From contig CAWFJJ010000024.1 in the NCBI GenBank assembly GCA_963816185.1, forward strand, positions 32,001-96,000: 64,000 nucleotides of DNA, written 5' to 3'. Position numbers and translations under genes: made by a program. Shown here in pieces: positions 13,398 to 23,490 of the stretch. A model generated the notes under the pieces. That model was not told the origin of the DNA and did not search any database. It was given only the letters and a program-made list of their open reading frames with translations. Within the stretch, counting starts at the first letter, position 1. Each line of letters opens with the position of its first letter. Origin of the DNA: Thermoanaerobaculia bacterium (GTDB lineage Bacteria > Acidobacteriota > Thermoanaerobaculia > UBA5066).

Positions 13398-14279
13398 CTA
13401 CTTAATCGGATAGCCGTGGATCAGCATGAAGCTTCTGCGCCAGCGGGTCTTGCTAAAAAAATTCGTGGCAAGATCCCGAATGTGGTCGAGGCTGATGGAA
13501 GAGGTGTTGAGATCTTCGGTGGGGGCGTCGAAGGACCAGTAAATCACCAGCGGCTTGCCGATGATGTTCTCGCGCGGAACGAATCCCCAGTAGCGGCTAT
13601 CGAGCGAGGAATCGCGGTTATCGCCCATCGCGAAGTAGGAATTGGGCGGAACCACGACTTCGCCGTTGACCACGTGGTTCAGAAGCATGTCCGAGGCGCG
13701 GCGGTCGACGGAAACGTTGGGCTCGCCGGGGAAATTGTCGCGGTAAGAATCGATGTAATCGGACTTGTGATAGGTGTACGGCTCATCCAGGCGCACGCCA
13801 TTCAGGTACACCTGCTTGTTGATCACGCGGATGCGGTCGCCGGGCACGCCGATGCAGCGCTTGACGAAGGTCTGATTGATCTCGACCGGGTAGCGGAAGA
13901 CGATGATATCGCCGCGCTTCACATCGGTGTAGGGCAGCAGATACTTGCTCACCGGGCCGTAGGGAGCGAAGGCCAGCTTATCCACCAGCAGGTGGTCGCC
14001 GATCAGGAGCGTGTCTTCCATGGAACCGGTCGGAATCACGTAGGCCTGTACCAGGGTCGTGGTCAGGAACAGGAGCAGAAGGATGGTGATGGTCCATTCG
14101 GCGATAGTGCTGCGGGGGCGCTCATGATGGTGGTCTTCGGGTTCGACGATCGGTGTACCTTCCGTCGACGGCAGGCCGTTCAGCGGTGGCTCCGTCACTG
14201 GGACGGTGTAAGACGGGACCTCGGAAACTGTACCCGAACTCGAGGGCAGGGAAGGGTCCGTGGGATCTTGGGGGCTCAC
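13398..14279 (-). CDS. lepB: Signal peptidase I, copy 1
   Basis: IPTGSM, GDHLLVDK, FVKRC, MGDNRDSSLDSRYWGFVP; probable GTG start at 14279. Confidence 0.9.
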   Translation of the reverse strand: MSPQDPTDPSLPSSSGTVSEVPSYTVPVTEPPLNGLPSTEGTPIVEPEDHHHERPRSTIAEWTITILLLLFLTTTLVQAYVIPTGSMEDTLLIGDHLLVDKLAFAPYGPVSKYLLPYTDVKRGDIIVFRYPVEINQTFVKRCIGVPGDRIRVINKQVYLNGVRLDEPYTYHKSDYIDSYRDNFPGEPNVSVDRRASDMLLNHVVNGEVVVPPNSYFAMGDNRDSSLDSRYWGFVPRENIIGKPLVIYWSFDAPTEDLNTSSISLDHIRDLATNFFSKTRWRRSFMLIHGYPIK

Positions 14280-14662
14280 TACCTCTATCTTAGCGTGGCT
14301 TGCCCCAATGTGATAAACGCAGCGACAAAACGAACCCAAGAACCCCTTGAAACCAAAGGGTCGAGCATTTGGGAGGTGGATGTTTGGGCGAACGCTTTCA
14401 TAATCGGGGCCGTGGAGCGGGCTCCAGCGGGCACCATTGTGTCTCACCGCGCGTTCATCTCGCGCCCGTTGGGCGCAGCCAATTTAAGCTTCTCGGTACT
14501 AATCAAACGCCCGCTCGCACTTCCGCAACTGACCGTGCCCGACTTGGTAACGCTATTAGAATCTGAAGAGCGGGAATTACCAAAGGCGGCCGTGGTGGCG
14601 ATATAATCAACGGTGCTCGGGAACCCTAAATGGAAATTCCGCTGAGTACTGCTTGAGGCCAC

Positions 14663-15801
14663 ATGAACAGTCACATCTTGCGAGTTCTGCTGTTGTCGCC
14701 CGTCTTCTCCCTCCTGACGATGGCCCAGTCCCTCGAAGGAGTCTGGCAAGGGAACGTCACGATGCCGAATGCACCCGAAAGCCGCGCCGCGATCAGAGTC
14801 ACGCGCACCGACGGCTCTCTCGCGGGCGTCATGTTTCTGTTGGATACCAAGGTACAAATGCCTGTCGCCAACATCTCTCTGCGAGGCACCACCGCGAAGA
14901 TGTCTATCGCGGGCATGACCTATGAAGGCACGCTGAGCGCTGACGGCAACTCCATTGCCGGCAAGCTGACCATGGGAGCCAACTCCATGCCTATGCCATT
15001 AAAGCGCGCCACCTGGAGACAGCCTGGGAACTGCCGAAGCCGCCCGCGCTCCTCGCGAAAGATGTGCCGCTGGAATTCGTAGTCTCCACCATCAAACCCG
15101 CTCCCGACACCAACATCCCTTCCGGAACTTATGGCATCGGGGCTAGCAGCTACCAGGCCCACGGAGCCTCGCTGATCTACCTGCTGACCTTCGGCTTCAA
15201 CATGCACCCCAGACAATTCGTCGGTCTTCCTGGATGGGCGACCTCCGATCGCTACGAAGTCAACGCAAAGCTTCCTGAAGGAGGCAGGCCTACCGATGCC
15301 CAATTGCGCATCATGGTCCAGAACCTGGTGAAGGACCGCTTCGGGATCACCTTCCACATCGAAAAACGCGAACTCCCGGCCTACACGATTAATGTTGGCA
15401 AGGGCGGTTTGGCGGGCATCAAGATGACGAGGAGCGAATCTCAGGGGAGCAATGGCGGCGGCACCTTCCAGGGCTCCGTTCCCGGCACCGGCGTCATGAC
15501 CATGGGCAACGCCACCATGACCGATATGGCGAGTCTAATGCAACGCGTCATGCTCGACCGTCCCGTGGTCGACCAAAGCGGACTCACTGGCCGCTACAAC
15601 ATCGCTCTCAAATGGGCTCCGGACGACACGCAGTTCATCCAAATGAACCTCAGACTCGCCCCGCCTCCGGGAGCCGATCCCGATCCTCTACCCAACCTCG
15701 TGACCGCCTTCCAGGAGCAACTCGGCATGAAACTGGAGTCAACAAAAGCGCCTGTCGATGTCATCGTCATCGACAAAGTTTCGCGCCCGTCGGAGAACTG
15801 A
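14663..15801 (+). CDS. TIGR03435-like (Solibacter-type) exported protein with an extra N-terminal beta domain; indel near 15020
   Basis: FVVSTIKP, LPGWA.SDRY, MVQNL.KDRF, DRPVVDQSGL.GRY, AFQEQLGMKLE..KAPVDVIVIDKV.RPSEN. Confidence 0.82.
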
Positions 15802-15864
15802 CTAACAGACCGTCTTGGGTGAAGCCGTCTGCTCTTGTGATAGACGGTAAAGATATGTTATCGA

Positions 15865-16735
15865 CTACCAAGCCGCCGGACTTGGTCGAGACCGCTTAGG
15901 ACGCCCAATCTCATCTGGCGGTGAGGCTTCGCAGATAGGTACCGATAAACGCTTCTGTGAAGCGCCTGCGCCCGTGACCGATAGTTGTAGGAGGGGACGA
16001 GCTACCTTGCGATCAGGGCTCCATCCGCCAGACTGGGTTGCGATCCAGACAGGGTAGCGCGTTGGCTGTCTGAGCACCGCCGTTTCTTCCGCTACGAAAC
16101 TGGCCGGTGGAAATGGCGATCCGTACTGCACTTCCGGCAGGTTCATGAGCTTTCCGATCATCGATTGATAGAGACCCAGCCCCACCTGTTGTTCCGGAGG
16201 CAGGTACCAGCGGTGCAGTGAGTCCGCCATTTTCTTAAATTCGGCGATCAGTTGGTCACGCGGTATGTTGCGTCGGCCGGCCTCAGATAGCGTTTCGAGT
16301 GTTGTATCCACTGCCAGCAGCATGTTGCTCCGGCGCAGCACCAAGCCGGCGAGCAAGGCCGGATCGCCAGTTGTGGTGTCATCGGCGAAAACTCCCGCAG
16401 TGAGGACGGGTTCCGCGAAAAAACGAGTGCCGGGATTGCTCAAGCCGGGATTCATGCCCATGGACATGACCAGCCGTTCCTCACCCGGCAGCAGCGGTTT
16501 CGCGGCCGGCTCAATCAACGGATCGGAATACCTCACCAACGGCGCACTACTAGCGTTGGCGACTTTGAGGTACCCGCTTCGCAGCGACCACATAGGCCAC
16601 CAAACTGATCGCGGAATTGTTGCGAATTTTGACGTCGTCCAAGCCACTCGATCTATGGATCAGTGTGGTGGAGATCTGCGCATCCAATGAGAAGGCGCAT
16701 GCGAGCAGAGGTGCTAGCGAGATGACGGTTTTCAT
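15865..16735 (-). CDS. Hypothetical exported protein (indel near 16555)
   Basis: Signal-like MKTVISLAPLLACAFSLDAQ (16550-16735) joins the 15865-16647 ORF. Confidence 0.5.
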
Positions 16736-16985
16736 TCCGACTCTTCCTTGAGCGGCAGAATACCGTCATGATACCTCTCATAACGGAAAGAGGTCGGAAG
16801 AAAGTTCCTGGAGGTTGGGGATTTTTGCGCGGGGGCCAGGCGATCCTCAGCATAAGTGACCGCCCATGGGCACTAGCCAGATGTGCCTAGGGCTATTGGA
16901 CATAGCGTCGGATAATGGCCGTTTGTTGACAACGTTAGGACTTTGGAAGTCCCCGTGCCTTAGGAACTCCGAGGAGAACTGACAT

Positions 16986-17682
16986 ATGCGGAACACGCTC
17001 TCAGTCATTTTTGCAATTGCCGGTACTCTGAGCACCGCCGCCTTCGCGGCGGACAGGGAGATTAAGGTTACTGACCGGCTGGACGCTTCGGCCGACACAC
17101 TGTCCGATATGATGAAGGCCAGCGATAAGGGTATTCCCCAAGATTTGCTCGACAAGGCTAAATGCGTCGTGGTTATCCCCGGAATGAAAAAGGCCGGATT
17201 CATCTTCGGCGCGAAGTATGGCCAGGGATTTGCGGCCTGCCGCCGCAGCGGTGGCACCGGCTGGAGCGCTCCCGCCGCGATGCGCGTGGAAGGTGGAAGT
17301 GTGGGGTTTCAGATCGGCCTGTCGGAGACAGACGTTGTATTACTCGTTATGAATGATGGCGGTATGAAGCACCTTCTTTCCGACAAGTTTACGATCGGCG
17401 GAGACGCCACTGCAGCGGCAGGTCCGATTGGCCGCGCTGCCAGCGCCCAGACGGACGCGATGCTGAACGCGGAAATGCTGTCGTATTCCCGTGCGCGCGG
17501 ACTCTTTGCCGGCATCTCGCTGGAAGGCGCGACGCTTCGTCCGGATGAAGACACCAACCGGGAACTATACGGTCGCCAGGCAACGAATCGCGAAATTCTG
17601 ACTGGCGACTTCAAAACCCCCGCAAGCGCGGCAGACGTTTGAACGCCGGTTGAATCGGGAATCGCCCGTACGCGACAAGTAA
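16986..17682 (+). CDS. Lipid-binding SYLF (Ysc84-like) domain protein; end uncertain (17642 as read)
   Basis: IP..LL.KAKCVVVIP, KAGFIFG..YGQG, WSAP, GGSVGFQIG, AAAGPIGR, SYSRARGLFAGISLEGA; RBS GAGGAG. Confidence 0.88.
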
Positions 17683-17822
17683 CTCGGGAAAGGTCCCTTG
17701 GCACATTGACTGCGGGCCGTCAGGATGTGACGGTCCGGCAGTCTAGTGGCGAACTACGGTCGTGCCTCCGGCAAGCCTAACCGGCTTGTCAGCAGGCGCG
17801 ATTCGGAGTTTGTGGTGTGCGG

Positions 17823-18824
17823 CTAGCTCTGCCATATCTCCTCGAGAGAGAGCGCCGACGCCTCGGCGTCGACGACGCCTTCGAGCGCGGCGAAGCGGGC
17901 GAACGACTCGTCGCCGTAGTTCGAGACCACGGCCTCGATGCCCCAGCCGCGCACCTTCACCTTGACCGAGTCGAATGCGGACAGCTCCTGCCCATACGCC
18001 GCGGCGTCCTCCGTCGCCTCGTTCCCGTAGCGCAGGCGCCGGAAGCGCGCCTTGAGCGTCTCGAGGTCCTCGTCGACGACGAGCCTGCCGCCCTTGAGGA
18101 TCCCGACGCGGTCGGCCATCTTCTCGACTCCCGCGAGGTCGTGCGACGTGAGGAGGACGGTCGTCCCCCGGTCGGCGAGCTCGCCCACGAGCTCGTCGAA
18201 GAACGCCGCGCGCGCCACGGCGTCGAGGCCGAGCGTCGGGTCGTCGAGGACGAGGAGGTCGGGCCAGGATGCGAGGGCGAGGGCCAGGGAAACGAGCGCC
18301 TTCTGGCCCTTCGAGAGGTTGCCATACGGAGCGGCGGCAGGCACGCCGAAGCGGGACAGGCGCGCCTCGACGGACTCCGCATCCCACGCGGGATAGACCT
18401 TCGCGCAGAACGCCGAGAGCTGGCGGGCGGTCATGGACGGCGGCGCGTCCGGGTCCTCGGGTACGATGCCGACCTTCGCCATCAGGCGCGCGCGGTTCTT
18501 CCAGACGTCCTCGCCGAAGAGCGCGCACGAGCCGGCTGTCGGCTTCTGCTGGCCGAGGAGGCAGCGCACGAGGGAGGATTTCCCGGCGCCGTTCCGACCG
18601 AGTAGGGCATAGACGGAGCCACGGGGAATGGAGAAAGAGATTTCTTCGAGAGTGGGCTTCGGGTTGCCGCCGTACCTCACGAGAAGACGACGAACCTCGA
18701 CGGCGGGCGCGGAAGATTTCTTCGAATGCGATTCCGCCGGGAAAGGCGCCGGCGCGCCCGAGCGACCCGCCGCGGCGGCCAGGTCCGCTGCCCGCGACGG
18801 TTCTGATCCGCGCATCGCGCTCAT
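17823..18824 (-). CDS. ABC transporter ATP-binding protein (YtrB-like); 3' end probably cut at the block junction
   Basis: GRNGAGKS, LSKGQK, LVLDDPT, TSHDL; ends abruptly at SLEEI-WQS. Confidence 0.85.
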   Translation of the reverse strand: MSAMRGSEPSRAADLAAAAGRSGAPAPFPAESHSKKSSAPAVEVRRLLVRYGGNPKPTLEEISFSIPRGSVYALLGRNGAGKSSLVRCLLGQQKPTAGSCALFGEDVWKNRARLMAKVGIVPEDPDAPPSMTARQLSAFCAKVYPAWDAESVEARLSRFGVPAAAPYGNLSKGQKALVSLALALASWPDLLVLDDPTLGLDAVARAAFFDELVGELADRGTTVLLTSHDLAGVEKMADRVGILKGGRLVVDEDLETLKARFRRLRYGNEATEDAAAYGQELSAFDSVKVKVRGWGIEAVVSNYGDESFARFAALEGVVDAEASALSLEEIWQS

Positions 18825-18848
18825 GCGGCAACTCCCCTGCTTTTCCTT

Positions 18849-19253
18849 CTAAGAATCTTCATTTCTCTTCTTTCTAAGAAATCCCAAACTGCGTTTCACG
18901 CGCTCCACCGCCTCATCACTGGGCGCGCCGATCGTGACGGCGAGCGACGCGTACCGCATCGCACCTCCTTCGAGCTCCTTTTCGCGCTCGCCGCGCGGGA
19001 GAGCCGGCGGCCTGTCGGCGACGAACGTCCCCTCCCCGCGCTTGACGGCGAGGACTCCCGAGTCCACGAGGCGCTGGTAGCCCTTCGCGACCGTCGCCGG
19101 GTTGATCGACAGGTCGCGCGCGAGGTCGCGCACGGACGGCATGGCCGAGCCAGGCTTCATCGCGCCGGACGCCACGAGCCGCCGGACGTTCTCCTCGATC
19201 TGCTTCCAGAGGGGAACGGCGTCGGAAGGATCGATGGAGAGGCTGCGGCTCAT
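18849..19253 (-). CDS. GntR-family regulator (YtrA type)
   Basis: PLWKQI, PSVRDLA..L.INPATVAKGY, RGEGTFV. Confidence 0.9.
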   Translation of the reverse strand: MSRSLSIDPSDAVPLWKQIEENVRRLVASGAMKPGSAMPSVRDLARDLSINPATVAKGYQRLVDSGVLAVKRGEGTFVADRPPALPRGEREKELEGGAMRYASLAVTIGAPSDEAVERVKRSLGFLRKKRNEDS

Positions 19254-19963
19254 ACGCGGACCTCCGCGTACGTGATCTCCCGCCGCTCGAGCACCCACGC
19301 GGCAAGAACAAGCGCAGCCGCGGTGACGAAGACGGTCACGAATAGCTCAGAGATGCCTACCGCCGGAGGAGAGCCCGAGGCCATGCCCCAGCCGGGGGCG
19401 AGGACGAACTGGAGACCGTCGCCCAACCGGATCCAAAAATCGTCGCGGTTGAAGAATCCGACCATGCGGGAGGTCTGAGCTGCAACCGAAGCGAGGCCCC
19501 ACACGGCGAGATCCGAGAGCCCGCTTCCGAGCGCGGAAAGGAACAGGAGCACCGCCGAAGTTCCCGCCGCCGCGAGGATCCGTTCAAGGAGCCGCGGACC
19601 GAGCGCATCCGCCTCGAACGAGCCGTGGCAGACCCGGAGGATCAGAACGACGGCCAGGAGCTGCGCGGCGGAGAGGACGCCTGCTGTCGCCGTGACGGAC
19701 GCCCACTTGCTTAGCGCATAGACCCAACGTTTGATTGGTCGCGTGAACACTAGAGCGAGAACGCCGCTCGAGATGTCGAGACCCAAGATGCCGTTCGCGA
19801 GTGTCACGGCGAGGAGCGGATGGAAGAAGGAGACGCTAGAGTTCGGCCGCGGGTCCACCAGGGCGATGGGGATCGGGAACAGGGCGAGGCCGAGCAGAGT
19901 TGCAACGCGGATGGGATTCGAGAGCCGCTCGCGCAGCGTGGCCGCGCAGATGTCGAGGTTCAT
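19250..19963 (-). CDS. ABC-2 type permease-like membrane protein
   Basis: Several hydrophobic segments, G.L.LVFTRPI.R....LSK; coupled to the flanking genes by 4-nt overlaps. Confidence 0.72.
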   Translation of the reverse strand: MNLDICAATLRERLSNPIRVATLLGLALFPIPIALVDPRPNSSVSFFHPLLAVTLANGILGLDISSGVLALVFTRPIKRWVYALSKWASVTATAGVLSAAQLLAVVLILRVCHGSFEADALGPRLLERILAAAGTSAVLLFLSALGSGLSDLAVWGLASVAAQTSRMVGFFNRDDFWIRLGDGLQFVLAPGWGMASGSPPAVGISELFVTVFVTAAALVLAAWVLERREITYAEVRV

Positions 19964-20709
19964 GCGACCGTTTCTCCGGCGCCCGCATCCTCGGGCTGGA
20001 AGAGGGACTCGAGCCGAACTCCCTCGGGAACGTCCGCGAGTCGCCCCGCGCGGAGGAAGAGGACGCGGTCCGAAACCCGCTCGACCTGTTCGAGCTGGTG
20101 CGAATTGAAGAGAATCGTCACGCCGTCGGCTTTAAGGCTCGCGAGGAGGCGGCGGACGAGGAGCACGCCGTGCGGGTCGACCCCTGACGTCGGCTCGTCG
20201 AGGAAGAGGAGACGCGGCCTTCCGACGAGCGCTTGCGCGAGCGCGAGGCGCTGGAGCATGCCCCGGGAATACGTTGAGATGCGTCGCCGCCGTGCCGACG
20301 GCTCGAGCTCCACGCGGTCGAACGTTTCGGCGACATCCGACTCCTGCGTCGCGCGAGGACGTCCCGCGAGGGCATGGTGGTAGGCCACGAAAGCCCGGCC
20401 GCTCATCCAGCGGTCGAAGGACAGGCGCTCGGGGACGTATCCGACGAGGCGGTTAACCTCCGGTGTGCCGGGCCCTCCTCCGAGGATCCGGATTCGCCCC
20501 TCGTCCGGGAAGAGAAGTCCGAGCAGGCATCCGAGAAGCGTCGTCTTCCCGGCGCCGTTCGGGCCAACGAGGCCGAGGACGATGCCGGGCTTCACTTCGA
20601 ACGACACGCCGGACAACGCGGGAACCGGCTTACCCGCATAGCGCTTCGTGAGGCCGGAGACGGCAATCGCGGGATCTGGAGCCGGTGCCGAATCAGTGTA
20701 TCGCAACAC
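19960..20709 (-). CDS. ABC transporter ATP-binding protein
   Basis: GPNGAGKTT, YSRGM, FLDEPTSG, NSHQL. Confidence 0.9.
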   Translation of the reverse strand: MLRYTDSAPAPDPAIAVSGLTKRYAGKPVPALSGVSFEVKPGIVLGLVGPNGAGKTTLLGCLLGLLFPDEGRIRILGGGPGTPEVNRLVGYVPERLSFDRWMSGRAFVAYHHALAGRPRATQESDVAETFDRVELEPSARRRRISTYSRGMLQRLALAQALVGRPRLLFLDEPTSGVDPHGVLLVRRLLASLKADGVTILFNSHQLEQVERVSDRVLFLRAGRLADVPEGVRLESLFQPEDAGAGETVA

Positions 20710-20767
20710 TGATACACTACGGACGCCGAGAGCCGTTTGTCAAGGATGCCGGAGAAAAGATCGATTC

Positions 20768-22009
20768 CTAGCCCGGGGCCCGCCCGGCCGCGAGCCGAGA
20801 TGCGAGGTCGTCCAGGTGCGACGCGCGCAGCCGCGCCTCGGCCTCGGAGATCGTCCCCGCCTGCACGAGTGCGGCGAGCGAGTCCTCCATCGTCATCATC
20901 CCGAAACGCTTTCCGAGCGTCAGCTCCGTGTGAATCTGGTGGAACGAGCCCCGGCGGATGTGGGCGCGGATGGGGTCGGTCGCGACGAGGATCTCCACGG
21001 CGGCCGCGCGGCCGGATCCGTCCTTCTTCGGGACGAGCTGCTGGCAGACGATGGCCGACAGTGCGAGCGAGAGCTGGTGCTTCACCTGCCCCTGCTGCTC
21101 GGCCGGGAAGATGTCCAGGATCCGGTTGATCGTCTGCGGGACGTCGTTCGTATGGAGCGTCGTGAGCACGAGGTGGCCGGTCTCGGCGGCCGTCACGGCG
21201 GCGCGCGTGGTCTCGAGATCCCGCATCTCGCCCACGAGAATCACGTCGGGGTCCTGGCGGAGCGCGGCGACGAGCGCCGAGGCGAAGTCCGGCACGTCGA
21301 CTCCCACCTCGACCTGCTCGACGAGCGATTTCGCATGGGTGTGCTCGTATTCGACGGGGTCTTCGATGGTCACGATGTGCCGCCTCTCCGTCCGGTTCAT
21401 GCGGTCCACGAGGGCCGCGAGGGTCGTCGTCTTGCCGGAGCCGGTCGCGCCCGTCACGAGGATGAGGCCGCGCGCGGCTTTCGTCAGGTCGTAGAGCATC
21501 TCCGGCAGACCGAGCTCGGAGAGAGAAGGGACGCGCTTGGGCAAAACTCGCAAGGCCGCCGCGACCCCCCGCCGCGTGCGGTGGAGGTTCACGCGGAAGC
21601 GGCCGAGGCCCGCGAGGTGGAGCGAGAGGTCCACGACGCCCGTCTCGTGATAACGGCGGCGCCGGTCGCCGGAAAGCGACGGCGAAAGGAGATCGAACAC
21701 CTCCTGCGCCGAGATCGACTCTCCTCCGCCCGCCCTTTCGAGAGAGCCGTGCATCCGCACGACCGGCGAAGCGCCGGGCACGAGGAGGAGATCCGTTGCG
21801 CCGCGGCGGACGGTCTCCGAGAGAAGAGCCACGAGGACGGGAGGGATCTCGTCCGCGCCCGCCGGTGAGATCTTCGCGGGCAGATCGAGCTCGGGCGCCG
21901 GCTCCTCGGGACGCACGAGCTCCAGCTCGGGCTCGGCGGCGCCGCGCCGGTCGGAACCGGCGCCCTGATTCAGCGACCGGATCAGCTTGTTCAGCTCGTC
22001 CGTATCCAC
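20768..22009 (-). CDS. pilT: PilT/PilU-family type IV pilus retraction ATPase
   Basis: TDLLL, RFRVN, GATGSGKTTTLA, TIEDPVE, ALRQDPDVILVGEMRD, AAETGHLV.TTLH. Confidence 0.88.
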   Translation of the reverse strand: MDTDELNKLIRSLNQGAGSDRRGAAEPELELVRPEEPAPELDLPAKISPAGADEIPPVLVALLSETVRRGATDLLLVPGASPVVRMHGSLERAGGGESISAQEVFDLLSPSLSGDRRRRYHETGVVDLSLHLAGLGRFRVNLHRTRRGVAAALRVLPKRVPSLSELGLPEMLYDLTKAARGLILVTGATGSGKTTTLAALVDRMNRTERRHIVTIEDPVEYEHTHAKSLVEQVEVGVDVPDFASALVAALRQDPDVILVGEMRDLETTRAAVTAAETGHLVLTTLHTNDVPQTINRILDIFPAEQQGQVKHQLSLALSAIVCQQLVPKKDGSGRAAAVEILVATDPIRAHIRRGSFHQIHTELTLGKRFGMMTMEDSLAALVQAGTISEAEARLRASHLDDLASRLAAGRAPG

Positions 22010-22046
22010 GGGTGAATTCTACGGACGTCCCGCGGCTCCCGCCTCG

Positions 22047-22886
22047 TCAGGAGCCGGTCTTTCGCCTGAGCTCGTCGAAGGCGAGGAGGTCGGACAGGAA
22101 TTTCGGGAGGGTCGCGAGCGGGAGCTGCGTGGCGCGGTCGGACTTCGCGTGTGCAGGATCGTCGTGGACCTCGAAGAAGTAGCCGTCCACGCCGACCGCC
22201 GCCGCCGCGCGGGCGAGGGCGGGCGCGTACTCGCGGGAGCCGCCCGTCTCGGTCCCGAGCCCGCCGGGGAGCTGGAGGGAGTGCGTCGCGTCGTAGACGA
22301 CGGGCACGCCGAGAGCGCGCATCATGGGAAGGCCGCGGAAATCCACGACCAGGTTGTGGTAGCCGAAAGTCGTCCCGCGCTCGGTGAGCGTCACGTTCGA
22401 GTTGCCCTTCGCCCGGCATTTCTCGACGATCTGCCTGCAGTCGTCCGGCGCGAGGAACTGACCCTTCTTCACGTTCAAGGCCCTCTTCGTCGCGGCGGCG
22501 GCTTCGATGAGATCCGTCTGCCGGCAGAGGAACGCCGGGATCTGGAGGACGTCGGCGACCTCCGCGGCGATCGCGCATTGCTCGGGCTCGTGGACGTCCG
22601 TCAGGATCGGCAGGTCGGTCTTTTCCTTCACCTCGGACAGGATCGAGAGGCCCCGCTCGATGCCGGGGCCGCGAAAAGAGGCGCCCGCGCTGCGGTTCGC
22701 CTTGTCGAACGAAGACTTGTAAACGAGCCGGTCGGCCGCGCCGCAGCCCTCGAAGACCTGCTTGATCGCCTTCGCCATCTTCAAAGCGTGCGCACGTGAC
22801 TCAATCACGCACGGGCCCGCGAAGAAGACGGGCCGGCAGCGATCCCCGACGGAGAGGTGAGGCGTGATCGAGACGAAGACCTTCAC
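22047..22886 (-). CDS. kdsA: KDO 8-phosphate synthase
   Basis: AGPCVIES, KSSFDKANRS, LQIPAFLCRQT, KKGQF, ERG..FGY, DATHS, EVH. Confidence 0.95.
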   Translation of the reverse strand: MKVFVSITPHLSVGDRCRPVFFAGPCVIESRAHALKMAKAIKQVFEGCGAADRLVYKSSFDKANRSAGASFRGPGIERGLSILSEVKEKTDLPILTDVHEPEQCAIAAEVADVLQIPAFLCRQTDLIEAAAATKRALNVKKGQFLAPDDCRQIVEKCRAKGNSNVTLTERGTTFGYHNLVVDFRGLPMMRALGVPVVYDATHSLQLPGGLGTETGGSREYAPALARAAAAVGVDGYFFEVHDDPAHAKSDRATQLPLATLPKFLSDLLAFDELRRKTGS

Positions 22887-22924
22887 CGCGTCGATGTTAC
22901 AGAATGTGGGGACCGGGAGGTCCG

Positions 22925-23413
22925 ATGGCGATCCGCATTCTCGTGACGGGCGGGACATTCGACAAGGAGTACGACGAGCTGACGGGCCGTCTCTTCTTCA
23001 AGGACACCCACATCCAGGAAATGCTCCGGCTCGGCCGCTGCCGGGTGCCGGTGGCCGTCGAGACCCTGATGATGATCGACAGCCTCGAAATGACGTCGGC
23101 CGACCGCGAGACGATCGTGCGCCGCTGCCGCGAGGCCTCCGAGAGCTGGATCGTCATCACGCACGGCACCGACACGATGGTCGAGACCGCCGCGCCTCTC
23201 GCCGCCGCCGAGACGGGGAAGACGATCATTTTGACCGGCGCGATGGTGCCGTGGGCGTTCGGAAGCTCCGACGGGCTCTTCAACCTCGGAAGCGCGCTTT
23301 CCTTCGTCCAGTCGCTCCCGGCCGGCGTCTACGTCGCGATGAACGGCCGCTGTTTTGCGTGGAACAACGTCCGGAAAGACCGCGTCTCGGGGGTCTTCGA
23401 GGCCATCCGCTGA
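22925..23413 (+). CDS. Stand-alone asparaginase N-terminal domain protein
   Basis: TGGTFDK, DSLEM, HGTDTM, LTGAM.P, FNLG. Confidence 0.85.
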   Translation: MAIRILVTGGTFDKEYDELTGRLFFKDTHIQEMLRLGRCRVPVAVETLMMIDSLEMTSADRETIVRRCREASESWIVITHGTDTMVETAAPLAAAETGKTIILTGAMVPWAFGSSDGLFNLGSALSFVQSLPAGVYVAMNGRCFAWNNVRKDRVSGVFEAIR

Positions 23414-23490
23414 GCGTGAGCGGCGCCACGTTTCCGCGACGACGCGGCGCGAGTTTTGCGTCGAAAACCCCGAGAGGTGAAAAAGTTACA

